A stretch of DNA of 44,019 bases from Nemertoderma westbladi (taxonomy: Eukaryota; Animalia; Xenacoelomorpha): the NCBI GenBank assembly GCA_032718475.1, contig JAUCBJ010004823.1, positions 1-44,019 on the forward strand, read 5' to 3'. Below the pieces are notes generated by a model. That model ran no database searches, was not told the origin of the DNA, and saw only the letters and a list, made by a program, of their open reading frames with translations. Below, piece by piece: positions 12,837 through 22,515 of the stretch. Made by a program: the position numbers and the translations under genes. The stretch's first letter is position 1, and every line of letters starts with the position of its first letter.

Positions 12837-13508
12837 ATGGATACTAAGAAAGATTACTCTGATACCAAATCATTTATAGGACCTAAGCTACCCGTTAATG
12901 TTGCTGGAGCAACAACAGTACCTAGCAACGCAACGGTTGCCACGGTTACTAAACTACAACACCGGGATATTCTACTTTGGGTGGAGGAAGGATCCAAAAG
13001 GAAGCGTTTATTGGAGTTACTATGGGAACCGAAATACTATAAACCTCCGATACTAGTTGTAGTCCAATCGAAACTCGGTTCTCAGTTACTGGCGGCCGCC
13101 ATTAAACATAAGTGTCAAATAGATGTCAAATACATATCCGGGGAGACGCCTAAAGATAAACGCAGGGCTATTGTCGACAAATTCTATAAGCTAAAATTCC
13201 CCGTTTTGGTTTGTGTTGGAGGAGTAATGGATTTTATTTCATCTCAAACACTTTCTATAAACCTTATAGTTAATTTTGACGTTCCAAATAACTTTCAGGA
13301 TTTCCATAAATACGTGTGTTTACTTCCGGTTTGTGGGGCTACCACTCGGGTTTCTTTCATTAATCATTCTAACAAAGATTTATTCGCCAAAGTCGCACCG
13401 GTACTACAGAACGTTGGAATGAAAATACCGGCTGAAATGGCTCGATACGTAGAGAGTTTGCCAAAGCAGAACAATTCGAATGATGATGATACTGATGTGA
13501 TAACGTAA
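12837..13508 (+). CDS. DDX59-like DEAD-box helicase C-terminal (RecA2) domain protein, lacking the DEAD domain, with degenerate motifs V/VI
   Basis: ILLWVEEGSKRKRLLELL...KPPILVVVQSKLGSQLL...LIVNFDVPNNFQDF...SFINHSNKDLF parallels the DDX59 C-terminal domain as recalled (IILWVE..KKKKLFEIL..KPPVLVFVDCKLGADLL..LVVNFDMP..FINNNSKRLF). Uninterrupted 223-aa ORF. Confidence 0.8.
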   Translation: MDTKKDYSDTKSFIGPKLPVNVAGATTVPSNATVATVTKLQHRDILLWVEEGSKRKRLLELLWEPKYYKPPILVVVQSKLGSQLLAAAIKHKCQIDVKYISGETPKDKRRAIVDKFYKLKFPVLVCVGGVMDFISSQTLSINLIVNFDVPNNFQDFHKYVCLLPVCGATTRVSFINHSNKDLFAKVAPVLQNVGMKIPAEMARYVESLPKQNNSNDDDTDVIT

Positions 13509-13566
13509 GTCATCGATGGGACAATGTGAGTTATCGAAGGGATAACGTAAGTCATTGATGGGACAA
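13499..13566 (+). repeat. Short 21-bp tandem repeat (~3.3 units) over the DDX59-like stop codon
   Basis: gataacgtaagtcatcgatgg / gacaatgtgagttatcgaagg / gataacgtaagtcattgatgg / gacaa. Confidence 0.75.
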
Positions 13567-13868
13567 GTGTAGTGCAGTGCTGCACTGACATCATTGTCCC
13601 ATGAAGGGCCAGGTTGAATTTCACTAAGTCTCTAAACAACAGAATACATCTGCTACTATTTACCAATTACAGTAGATTGTGTAATATGTGAGGATTGAAG
13701 AATGAATTACATTGTGAACATTTTTTTCCACATCATCGTGCAATATAATATGGATGATATACAAAATAATACAGTCAGATTCAATATATTATTATTTACT
13801 TAAGTATTATATTAATAAATTAGTTAAAAAATAACAATTATTGTTTGTTTTGATTATTGTTCGTTTGT

Positions 13869-14057
13869 TTAATGGTCAGGGTGTTCTACAACCCCTCTCA
13901 TTGGCTGACATTGACCTTCGTCTATATTCAGTGAATTACTCTTGATCTCAATGTCCTCCTCCAAGGCCAGCTGATTGCGGACTAATCCTCGCAACTCAGA
14001 AGCTGATTGGTCCTTTGTTTCCACCAGTCTGGAAATATTCTTCTGTAATTCTTCAAC
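13869..14057 (-). CDS. TEKT1: Tektin-1-like, terminal exon
   Basis: Acceptor tttgtag|GTT, phase 0. VEELQKNISRLVETKDQSASELRGLVRNQLALEEDIEIKSNSLNIDEGQCQPMRGVVEHPDH* matches the tektin C-terminus (QLALEEDI..K.NSL.IDE..C). Not in the ORF track. Confidence 0.9.
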   Translation of the reverse strand, partial: VEELQKNISRLVETKDQSASELRGLVRNQLALEEDIEIKSNSLNIDEGQCQPMRGVVEHPDH

Positions 14058-14361
14058 CTACAAATATTAATACTAATACTATATCTGCTTTTACATTTCT
14101 AAATGAATCACAAAATGGTACTCATACTGTTACGAAACACACAATTTGACATCACACAGGTGATATATTAGCCACGCAGTTTGATACAATTTTGTTCAGA
14201 AGTCAACAATTAGTAAGGAGGTCAGGTCACTAGAGATAAGCAGTTCGCTCACTATCACTGGGTACTATTTAGTCCACTTCTATCTAACAGATCCTAAACA
14301 GCGGTTCTACCAGACTGATTAAAATAGTAACATTGGTTTATTACAGTTAAATTATCAGCTC

Positions 14362-16293
14362 AGGATCCATACACAACTCCACATTGGGACGGCCCTTACC
14401 TCCTATAGTAACCGATGGATCCATACACAGCTCCACATTGGGACGGCCCTTACCTCCAATAGTAACCGATGGATCCATACACAACTCCACATTGGGACGG
14501 CCCTTACCTCCTTTAGTAACCGATTGATCCATACACAGCTCCACATTGGGACGGCCCTTACCTCCTAGAATATCCGATGGATCCATACACAGCTCCACAT
14601 TGGGATGGCCCTTACCTCCTATAGTAACCGATGGATCCATACACAACTCCACATTGGGACGGCCCTTACCTCCTATAGTAACCGATGGATCCATACACAT
14701 CTCCACATTGGGACGGCCCTTACCTCCTTTAGTAACCGATTGATCCATACACAGCTCCACATTGGGATGGCCCTTACCTCCTAGAGTATCCGATGGATCC
14801 ATACACAGCTCCACATTGGGACGGCCCTTACCTCCTATAGTAACAGATGGATCCATACTCAGCTCCACATTGGGATGGCCCTTACCTCCTAGAGTATCCG
14901 ATGGATCCATACACAGCTCCACATTGGGACGGCCCTTACCTCCTATAGTAACAGATGGATCCATACTCAGCTCCACATTGGGACGGCCCTTACCTCCTTT
15001 AGTAACCGATGGATCCATACACAGCTCCACATTGGGACGGCCCTTACCTCCTATAGTAACAGATGGATCCATACACAGCTCCACATTGGGACGGCCCTTA
15101 CCTCCTATAGTAACAGATGGATCCATACTCAGCTCCACATTGGGACGGCCCTTACCTCCTATAGTAACAGATGGATCCATACTCAGCTCCACATTGGGAC
15201 GGCCCTTACCTCCTATAGTAACAGATGGATCCATACACAGCTCCACATTGGGATGGCCCTTACCTCCTATAGTAACCGATGGATCCATACTCAGCTCCAC
15301 ATTGGGACGGCCCTTACCTCCTATAGTAACCGATGGATCCATACTCAGCTCCACATTGGGACGGCCCTTACCTCCTATAGTAACCGATGGATCCATACTC
15401 AGCTCCACATTGGGACGGCCCTTACCTCCTATAGTAACAGATGGATCCATACACAGCTCCACATTGGGACGGCCCTTACCTCCTATAGTAACCGATGGAT
15501 CCATACTCAGCTCCACATTGGGACGGCCCTTACCTCCTATAGTAACAGATGGATCCATACTCAGCTCCACATTGGGACGGCCCTTACCTCCTATAGTAAC
15601 CGATGGATCCATACTCAGCTCCACATTGGGACGGCCCTTACCTCCTATAGTAACCGATGGATCCATACTCAGCTCCACATTGGGACGGCCCTTACCTCCT
15701 ATAGTAACCGATGGATCCATACTCAGCTCCACATTGGGACGGCCCTTACCTCCTATAGTAACCGATGGATCCATACTCAGCTCCACATTGGGACGGCCCT
15801 TACCTCCTATAGTAACAGATGGATCCATACACAGCTCCACATTGGGACGGCCCTTACCTCCTATAGTAACAGATGGATCCATACACAGCTCCACATTGGG
15901 ACGGCCCTTACCTCCTATAGTAACCGATGGATCCATACTCAGCTCCACATTGGGACGGCCCTTACCTCCTATAGTAACCGATGGATCCATACTCAGCTCC
16001 ACATTGGGACGGCCCTTACCTCCTATAGTAACAGATGGATCCATACACAGCTCCACATTGGGACGGCCCTTACCTCCTATAGTAACAGATGGATCCATAC
16101 ACAGCTCCACATTGGGACGGCCCTTACCTCCTATAGTAACCGATGGATCCATACTCAGCTCCACATTGGGACGGCCCTTACCTCCTATAGTAACAGATGG
16201 ATCCATACACAGCTCCACATTGGGACGGCCCTTACCTCCTAGAGTAACAGATGGATCCATACACAGCTCCACATTGGGACTGCCCTTACCTCC
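14362..16293 (-). repeat. 54-bp intronic minisatellite, ~36 copies, derived from the adjacent tektin exon end plus splice donor
   Basis: Minus-strand unit GGCCGTCCCAATGTGGAGCTGTGTATGGATCCATCGGTTACTATAGGAGGTAAG aligns to the exon/intron junction CGCCCCAATGTGGAACTCTGTACGGATC[CGGCTTAC]CATCGTTTACTCAAGGAG|GTAAGG. Confidence 0.97.
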
Positions 16294-16457
16294 TTGAGTA
16301 AACGATGGTAAGCCGGATCCGTACAGAGTTCCACATTGGGGCGGCTTTCTCTCTCCTTAATTCTGGCTAACGCGACTAATAAAGGTTTTTCTTTGTCGGC
16401 AATAGCTGATGTAAGTTTATCGATATTGTCTTCAATAGCAGCAATCTCTCCATTCAC
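16290..16457 (-). CDS. TEKT1: Tektin-1-like exon with the RPNVELC signature
   Basis: attcag|GTG ... GAG|gtaagg, phase 0/0. VNGEIAAIEDNIDKLTSAIADKEKPLLVALARIKERESRPNVELCTDPAYHRLLKE contains the tektin RPNVELCxD motif. Confidence 0.95.
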
Positions 16458-16564
16458 CTGAATATAATTGTTAGGGTTAGGGGGTCTACGAAATATTTTT
16501 AACGTTAATGTCCTGCGATCGTACTATAAAATAATAAAACAAACTTATGTTGAAGATTTCCCAC

Positions 16565-16712
16565 CTTATCTAAATGGCCTTCCAACTTTTCTTTGACGTC
16601 TCGTGTCTCTCTGATACGCTTGTTCAACGATACCTCCACATCATCCTGTATTTTCTGCATGTCGGTTTGTGTTTGTACCAAAATCCCGTCAATCAAAGCC
16701 CTCAAAGCGACA
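16565..16712 (-). CDS. TEKT1: Tektin-1-like exon
   Basis: tttgttag|T ... AAG|gtggga, phase 2/0. (S)VALRALIDGILVQTQTDMQKIQDDVEVSLNKRIRETRDVKEKLEGHLDK. Confidence 0.92.
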
Positions 16713-17125
16713 CTAACAAAGATACGAGACGAGATACCAATTTATGATATGAGTAAAAACTCAAGACTTAAAAATTTCATGCGACCCTATTAAGATAAGG
16801 GGGGTGGGGGTTGCAATGGTGTCCAGGATGAATTGGGTGTTCGAAAGTGATTAATTGAGCGTCCAGAACTCTGATAAATTGATATAATGTAACAAAATTA
16901 CTTACATGATTGAATGAAAAGGAACTGTTGAGAAAGACACATGTTGCTTGTTATAACAACCCACGATTTTGTTTATGTCTCCTGCCCCGGTACATTAATA
17001 TACTCGGGTCATAACGCTGAGTAGAGTTACAGTACTTCCCACGCAATAGGCCTACTGTTTCCAGTCATTAGTTATATAACTACTGTAGTATAGCTGCTAA
17101 AACTACAACTGTAAGTAAACCTAAC

Positions 17126-17243
17126 CTATTCTGTTTCTCTCGATCTGCTTTAAGAATGTTTTCGTTCGAGAATTCTTCCCAATCTATTGGCGTAGTGGTT
17201 TTGTTACTAATTCCATTCAAACCGCCTCCGTAGTCTTGCAATC
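17126..17243 (-). CDS. TEKT1: Tektin-1-like exon
   Basis: ttttgtag|GA ... AG|gttagg, phase 1/2. (G)LQDYGGGLNGISNKTTTPIDWEEFSNENILKADREKQN matches the tektin W..FS..N..KA motif. Confidence 0.92.
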
Positions 17244-17364
17244 CTACAAAAGAAACCCAATATGAATATTCCACTGACTCGAACCCGGTACCCACGCTTC
17301 AAACTTCCGGTTTTTAACAATTAATTTATTATTTTTTGATTCCACTGATTAATTCTCACCAACC

Positions 17365-17722
17365 AACACAACCAAGGCGACCTCTATACATGTATATACC
17401 TGTATTTAGGTCGCCTTGAACACAACCAAGGCGACCTCTATACATGTATATACCTGTATTTAGGTCGCCTTGAACACAACCAAGGCGACCTCTATACATG
17501 TATATACCTGTATTTAGGTCGCCTTGAACACAACCAAGGCGACCTCTATACATGTATATACCTGTATTTAGGTCGCCTTGAACACAACCAAGGCGACCTC
17601 TATACATGTATATACCTGTATTTAGGTCGCCTTGAACACAACCAAGGCGACCTCTATACATGTATATACCTGTATTTAGGTCGCCTTGAACACAACCAAG
17701 GCGACCTCTATACATGTATATA
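17365..17722. repeat. Second, unrelated 54-bp intronic minisatellite (~6.5 copies) with internal inverted repeats
   Basis: Unit ACACAACCAAGGCGACCTCTATACATGTATATACCTGTATTTAGGTCGCCTTGA, with 11-bp arms CAAGGCGACCT / AGGTCGCCTTG and palindrome TATACATGTATA. Confidence 0.95.
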
Positions 17723-17769
17723 GAGTGGTTTTGCCCTTCTTGTCCGTTTTCTTTTTTGTTACAGAATTT

Positions 17770-18358
17770 TTATTTTTGCTCTCAATTTTGAGCTACGAGC
17801 GTTTAGAAAAGGTATTTCCGGCGATATTTCACCAATTAGACTGCAGTTATTCTTCAACCTTGTTGGTACAGTTAGAAACCTGACCATGCAAGGATTCCAA
17901 TTATGTAACACAATCTGAATTATAATTGAAAAATAGCTGAGATATGAGTTTTAAAATGTTGCATGGTTTTGCATCTGCGCGAGGCTATTTTATTCTATTT
18001 AATAATTAGGCCAACACCATTCTGGCACATTTTGTTTACCCCATACGTAGCTAGGCAACAATGCAATATATATTTAATTATACTCTTACATAGCCATTCA
18101 TGCATAAACAAAATATTCCAGATTATGATGCATTTATTAAATAGAATAAAATAGCCTCACCATGCAATAACCATGCAACATTGTGTTACATATTTGGAAT
18201 CCTTGCATAGGCAGCATTCTAAACCAACAAATCACTATAAGGTTGACGAATAACTGTGCATTTAAAAACTCTTGGCGCTAAAGATTGAAAGGGAAAATCA
18301 AAATTCCTGGTCACCCAGCAAGGAGGAGGGAGGTGAAACTATCTCTGTTTCAAATTTC
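17770..18358. mobile_element. Degenerate foldback/MITE related to the element at 19145-20380
   Basis: Inverted arms: gaggctattttattctatttaataa vs ttattaaatagaataaaatagcctc; caaggattccaattatgtaacacaat vs attgtgttacatatttggaatccttg. Both arms resemble the TIRs at 19145-20380. Ends approximate. Confidence 0.7.
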
Positions 18359-18616
18359 ACTTTTTAATTTTAATTCCAAATTCTAAGATTTGTAGATTGT
18401 TGTTTGTCAAATACGTAGCCCCTTAACTATTTAAGTGTAGTAAGTAGTCTGGTGATGGCTCCTTACAAAATGAGCTTTCAACATTCAACTAAAAGAGAGA
18501 ACACATTATAGCCTATATGGATATATATATATTAAGGTCTCCTATTATAGTAATTACTATATTTGAAAAACCAATTCGATGTTATACAGTATTATTTTAG
18601 TATTTTGGTAAAATAC

Positions 18617-18788
18617 CTGCGGACTCGTTAGTTAAACCGGAACAGAAGTCGTCAATAGTAATGGCGTTGAATTTATCTTTAACGTCTTTCTCTAAGTAGA
18701 ATTTAGCTGATTTGTTGCGTCGCAGCTGTTCCGTTGCCTGGGCGATAGTTCGCTGTAGTAAGTTTCTTACCCCTTCTATAATCTCCAC
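18617..18788 (-). CDS. TEKT1: Tektin-1-like exon
   Basis: catttag|GTG ... GCAG|gtattt, phase 0/1. VEIIEGVRNLLQRTIAQATEQLRRNKSAKFYLEKDVKDKFNAITIDDFCSGLTNESA matches the tektin LEKD..DKF.A..ID..C..L.N motif. Confidence 0.93.
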
Positions 18789-19144
18789 CTAAATGCACAA
18801 GGAATCCATAACTTATATGAAGTAAGTTTCCTTCCTACTGTAGTATAGCGTGGTTATGTATGTCTGTTATAAATATTTTTATTCTTAAATTGTTACTTTT
18901 TCGCTCGAAAATAACCCAAAGTCGGAAGAAAAATTAGTAGTTTTTCCCAAGGGAAAAAAGTAACCCATACTGTAGGATTACTTTAATTGCTTTAATTTTA
19001 GTTGCATTGATTTTACTTTTTCCCAGCGAAAAAAGTAAATTGAAATATTTTTGGTGGAATTTCTTAATTTATTACATGTGTTGAAAGAGCATCGAAGTAG
19101 AAAAGGTTTGCAAGTAATTTGATCAAAGTCCATTCAAACACTTA

Positions 19145-20380
19145 CACCATGTCCTGGAATATAGTGTCGTTATTCTGGTACATGCCCCCCCCCCCCCCAA
19201 ATTGTTCACCTCCCTCTTCCTTGCTGGGTGAGCCAGAATTTTAATTTTCGCTTTCATTCTTTAGCTACAAGCGTTTGCAAAAGGTGTCTCCAGCGATATT
19301 ACACCAGTTATACCGCAGTTATTCTTCTACCTTATAGCGATTTGTAGGTACTAGTGGAAAGCTGGTTGTGCAAGGATTCCAAATATGTAACATAATCTAA
19401 ATTTCGTCTTAAACTAGCTGAATATGAGCGTTTAAAACTTGTATGGTTTTGCATATGAGCGAGGCTATTTTATCTATCTATCTATCTCTATCTAATATAT
19501 AAAAATCTTAAATTAAAACTAAATTAAATAAATTTATATGTATGTCCATCGATAGGCCTACACGTCGTCAGATTTCGCTCTCATCCCTTGCTTTGTGGCT
19601 CATTCGATGCGTATTAACACGATGCAGACAGCTGTCACTGTCTCCTGGTGTTATTTTACACGTTTATTGTTTGCGTGAGGTCGAGGTAGGCCTAGCAGTT
19701 CAGTCCTGTAGTCTGTCACTGTACATTGGGGCTTATCTTGACTCTATCTTGCACGTCTACGTGATGCATATCGTGCGTCATAAGCACGTGAAAGTGAACC
19801 GTCATTTATCTCGAAGCTAATTGTACGCATATGCCCAGCCCAGATGCCTGTATGCCCTTGGTGAATCCGTATTTGTGGTCAAATTGGGCTATTCTGTAGT
19901 CGTTTTCGGCCAAACTGCTGGTCAACAGGCAGGAAGGAAACTGTATTCGTTAATGCATGAGTAGCTATGTAATAGTATGATTAAAGAGGTATTGCATTGT
20001 TGTCAAGCTACGTATGGGATAATGATAAACAAAATATTCCAAAATATGTTGTATATTAAGACGAAATTTAGATTATGTTACATATTTGGAATCCTTGCAC
20101 AACCAGCTTACCACTAGTACCTACAAATCACTATAAGGTTGAAGAATAACTGCGGTGTATCTGGTGCAATTTTGCCGGAGACACTTTTTTCAAACGCTTG
20201 TAGCTAAAGAATGAAAGCGAAATAAAAATTCTGGCTCACCCAACAAGGAAGAGGGAGGTGAAACTATCTCTGTTTCAAATTTAATGCATCTCATGTAAAA
20301 AAAAAATGTGTAAAAAAATGGGGGGGGGGGGGGGGGCATGTACCTGAATCTGAATAAAGACACTATTCCAGGACATGGTG
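19145..20380. mobile_element. Non-autonomous DNA transposon with long (~270-320 bp) TIRs and TA target-site duplication (Tc1/mariner-like)
   Basis: TA|CACCATGTCCTGGAATA ... TATTCCAGGACATGGTG|TA. Arms 19145-~19412 and ~20057-20380 are reverse complements, including poly-C/poly-G. No transposase ORF. Confidence 0.85.
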
Positions 20381-20896
20381 TAAAAGTTATTGCAACTTTA
20401 GTGTCTGCAAGGCGTTTTCCAAAAGAGAACCCCAATATTGGTTTATATTGTTAAGCGGCTCTCTATAGTTACGTAATCAATATTCGAGAACACTAAATTA
20501 TTTAACATTGAGTAAAGAAGCATCAGGAGTTGAATAGTACAGAAATTTGAATCACAGTAACTATGGAAGTAATATAGTAAAATAATACCTTATACTGTAT
20601 CCATCTATCTCCTATATACATCCTTATGGTAGATACAGTAGTAACTACAGTACTACTGCAGTCCTGCTATGTATTTAATGTTAATTATAAATGTACTACA
20701 TATGCAACTAATTGACAAAGTTTCTTAGTGATTGCGATTATTATCTTTATTTATTATGACGGTATTAGCTACTAATGTAGCTTCTGGTAACTACAGGTAT
20801 AAACATCTGGAATTATTGATGTCGCCTTATTCACAAAGAAACACCATTCCTATATTAACTTACATCAATTATTAAAATTAAATTAAAATTATTAAA

Positions 20897-21430
20897 ATTA
20901 AAATTCTCGCTATGGGGTTTTCCTGGTCAAGGATTTCATTTCCGCTGTAGTTTTCACTTTTGACCCTATCCAGTCTGTCTGTCTGTTGGTCTGTCGTCTG
21001 TCTGTCAGTCTGTCCGTCAAAAATATAAGGAATCACATTAGCTAATTAAAATTCTCGCTATGGGGGTTTTTTCTGGTCAAGGATTTCATTTCCACTGTCA
21101 GTTTTCACTTTTGACCCTATCCAGTCTGTCTGTCTGTTGGTCTGTCGTCTGTCTGTCAGTCTGTCCGTCAAAAATATAAGGAATCACATTAGCTAATTAA
21201 AATTCTCGCTATGGGGGTTTTTTCTGGTCAAGGATTTCATTTCCACTGTCAGTTTTCACTTTTGACCCTATCCAGTCTGTCTGTCTGTTGGTCTGTCGTC
21301 TGTCTGTCAGTCTGTCCGTCAAAAATATAAGGAATCACATTAGCTAATTAAAATTCTCGCTATGGGGGTTTTCCTGGTCAAGGATTTCATTTCTGCTGTC
21401 AGATTTCACTTTGGACCGTATCCAGACTGT
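20897..21430. repeat. ~150-bp tandem repeat, ~3.5 copies, with (GTCT)n-like core
   Basis: attctcgctatgggg recurs at 20903, 21051, 21202 and 21353. Confidence 0.92.
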
Positions 21431-21754
21431 CTCTCATTCTGTCTGTCGGTCAGTCCAATTTGAAATAATTTGAAAACTAACAACATGGTTTACCTTATTG
21501 CTGTAGTCTGGCAGTCTGTAAGCAGGTCTGCAGTAGGCCTACCGGTAGTTAAATTAAAGTTGAGTCCAGCAACATTTTCCCTTCTTAGAAATCGAATAAA
21601 TGTTATGGAACAGACGTGTGTGTCATGGCGCTCTACCCATGGAACAATTGAGTTAATTACTGTATAAATAAATTATCAGGCTAAATTTAAAGTAAAAAAA
21701 AATACATTTCTTTTCGTAGGTAACATGAAAATTCAGAAGGGGGGGGGGGGGGGG

Positions 21755-21844
21755 GTGGGGGGACTGGACGTAATACAAATTCATCCCTCTCCAGGGAAAA
21801 TTGGACGCAAATAACAGCTGATTACTCTCAAAAATAAAACTGTA
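21755..21844 (+). repeat. Dispersed repeat fragment, homolog of 1614-1704
   Basis: Direct sequence similarity to 1614-1704. Confidence 0.8.
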
Positions 21845-22258
21845 ATCGTTCTATTGAGTTTATAGTATATTGTGCCACTGTAACCTGATCCTTTCCCTCA
21901 TTGAGAATTTAACATTGAGGCGGGATATTAATTCGCCAAGATGGGATTAGCGTCCAGTTTCCCGCCCTGTCTCAAAAAATGACCAGCTATGCCAACCACA
22001 AAATAACAATTTTATAACTACCATAACATTGTGGGAGGTCCAAATATGTCTAGAATTTAAGCATTTCCAATAATCAAAATATTATAACACACATACTGTA
22101 AAACACAAACAATCACAATTTTGTATTCAGACTATTCCAGATCCAGGACATAGTATCGTAGTAAGATAAGCGAGATATTTATATGAAACTCGTAAACGTA
22201 ACCAATATCTAGAACTACGTATCAACGGTTGTTATAGTAACAGTCTATACTAACACAC

Positions 22259-22434
22259 CTCCTTCATTAGATCTCTCTGCACGTTGTCGTGCACCAAATC
22301 GATACCTTTACGGCCTTCCCTTTTAATCAGACACTGGTTGGCCACTGCCAATGGCTGATCGGTATCAGCCAAAGCCGCAAGGAGGCGCTTCCTAAAATCT
22401 AATAAATTCTCAGTTTCCGAGCCAATCTCATCAG
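22259..22434 (-). CDS. TEKT1: Tektin-1-like exon (most 5' exon visible; gene is 5'-partial)
   Basis: tatttcag|CT ... GAG|gtgtgt, phase 1/0. DEIGSETENLLDFRKRLLAALADTDQPLAVANQCLIKREGRKGIDLVHDNVQRDLMKE contains the tektin CL..RE.R.GIDLVHD motif. Confidence 0.94.
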
Positions 22435-22515
22435 CTGAAATAATAAATGATTCCGGCATTAATATCAATTTATGAAAACTTTTATACTAACCAATTGAAA
22501 ACTAAAAGTTTTTAT

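Noticed and set aside
14347-16272. 641-aa minus ORF as a bona fide CDS or tektin exon
   Set aside because: It is out of frame with the upstream exon, and a phase-0 join from 16290 to 14057 already gives a complete canonical tektin C-terminus. Kept only as a finding.
14546-16297. Plus-strand repetitive ORFs (511, 329 and 65 aa)
   Set aside because: They are by-products of a 54-bp (3n) unit lacking stops and lie antisense to the tektin-derived frame.
17356-17715. 119-aa repetitive ORF (MYRGRLGCVQGDLNTGIY)n
   Set aside because: Translation of an intronic 54-bp repeat; the flanking tektin exons join in phase without it.
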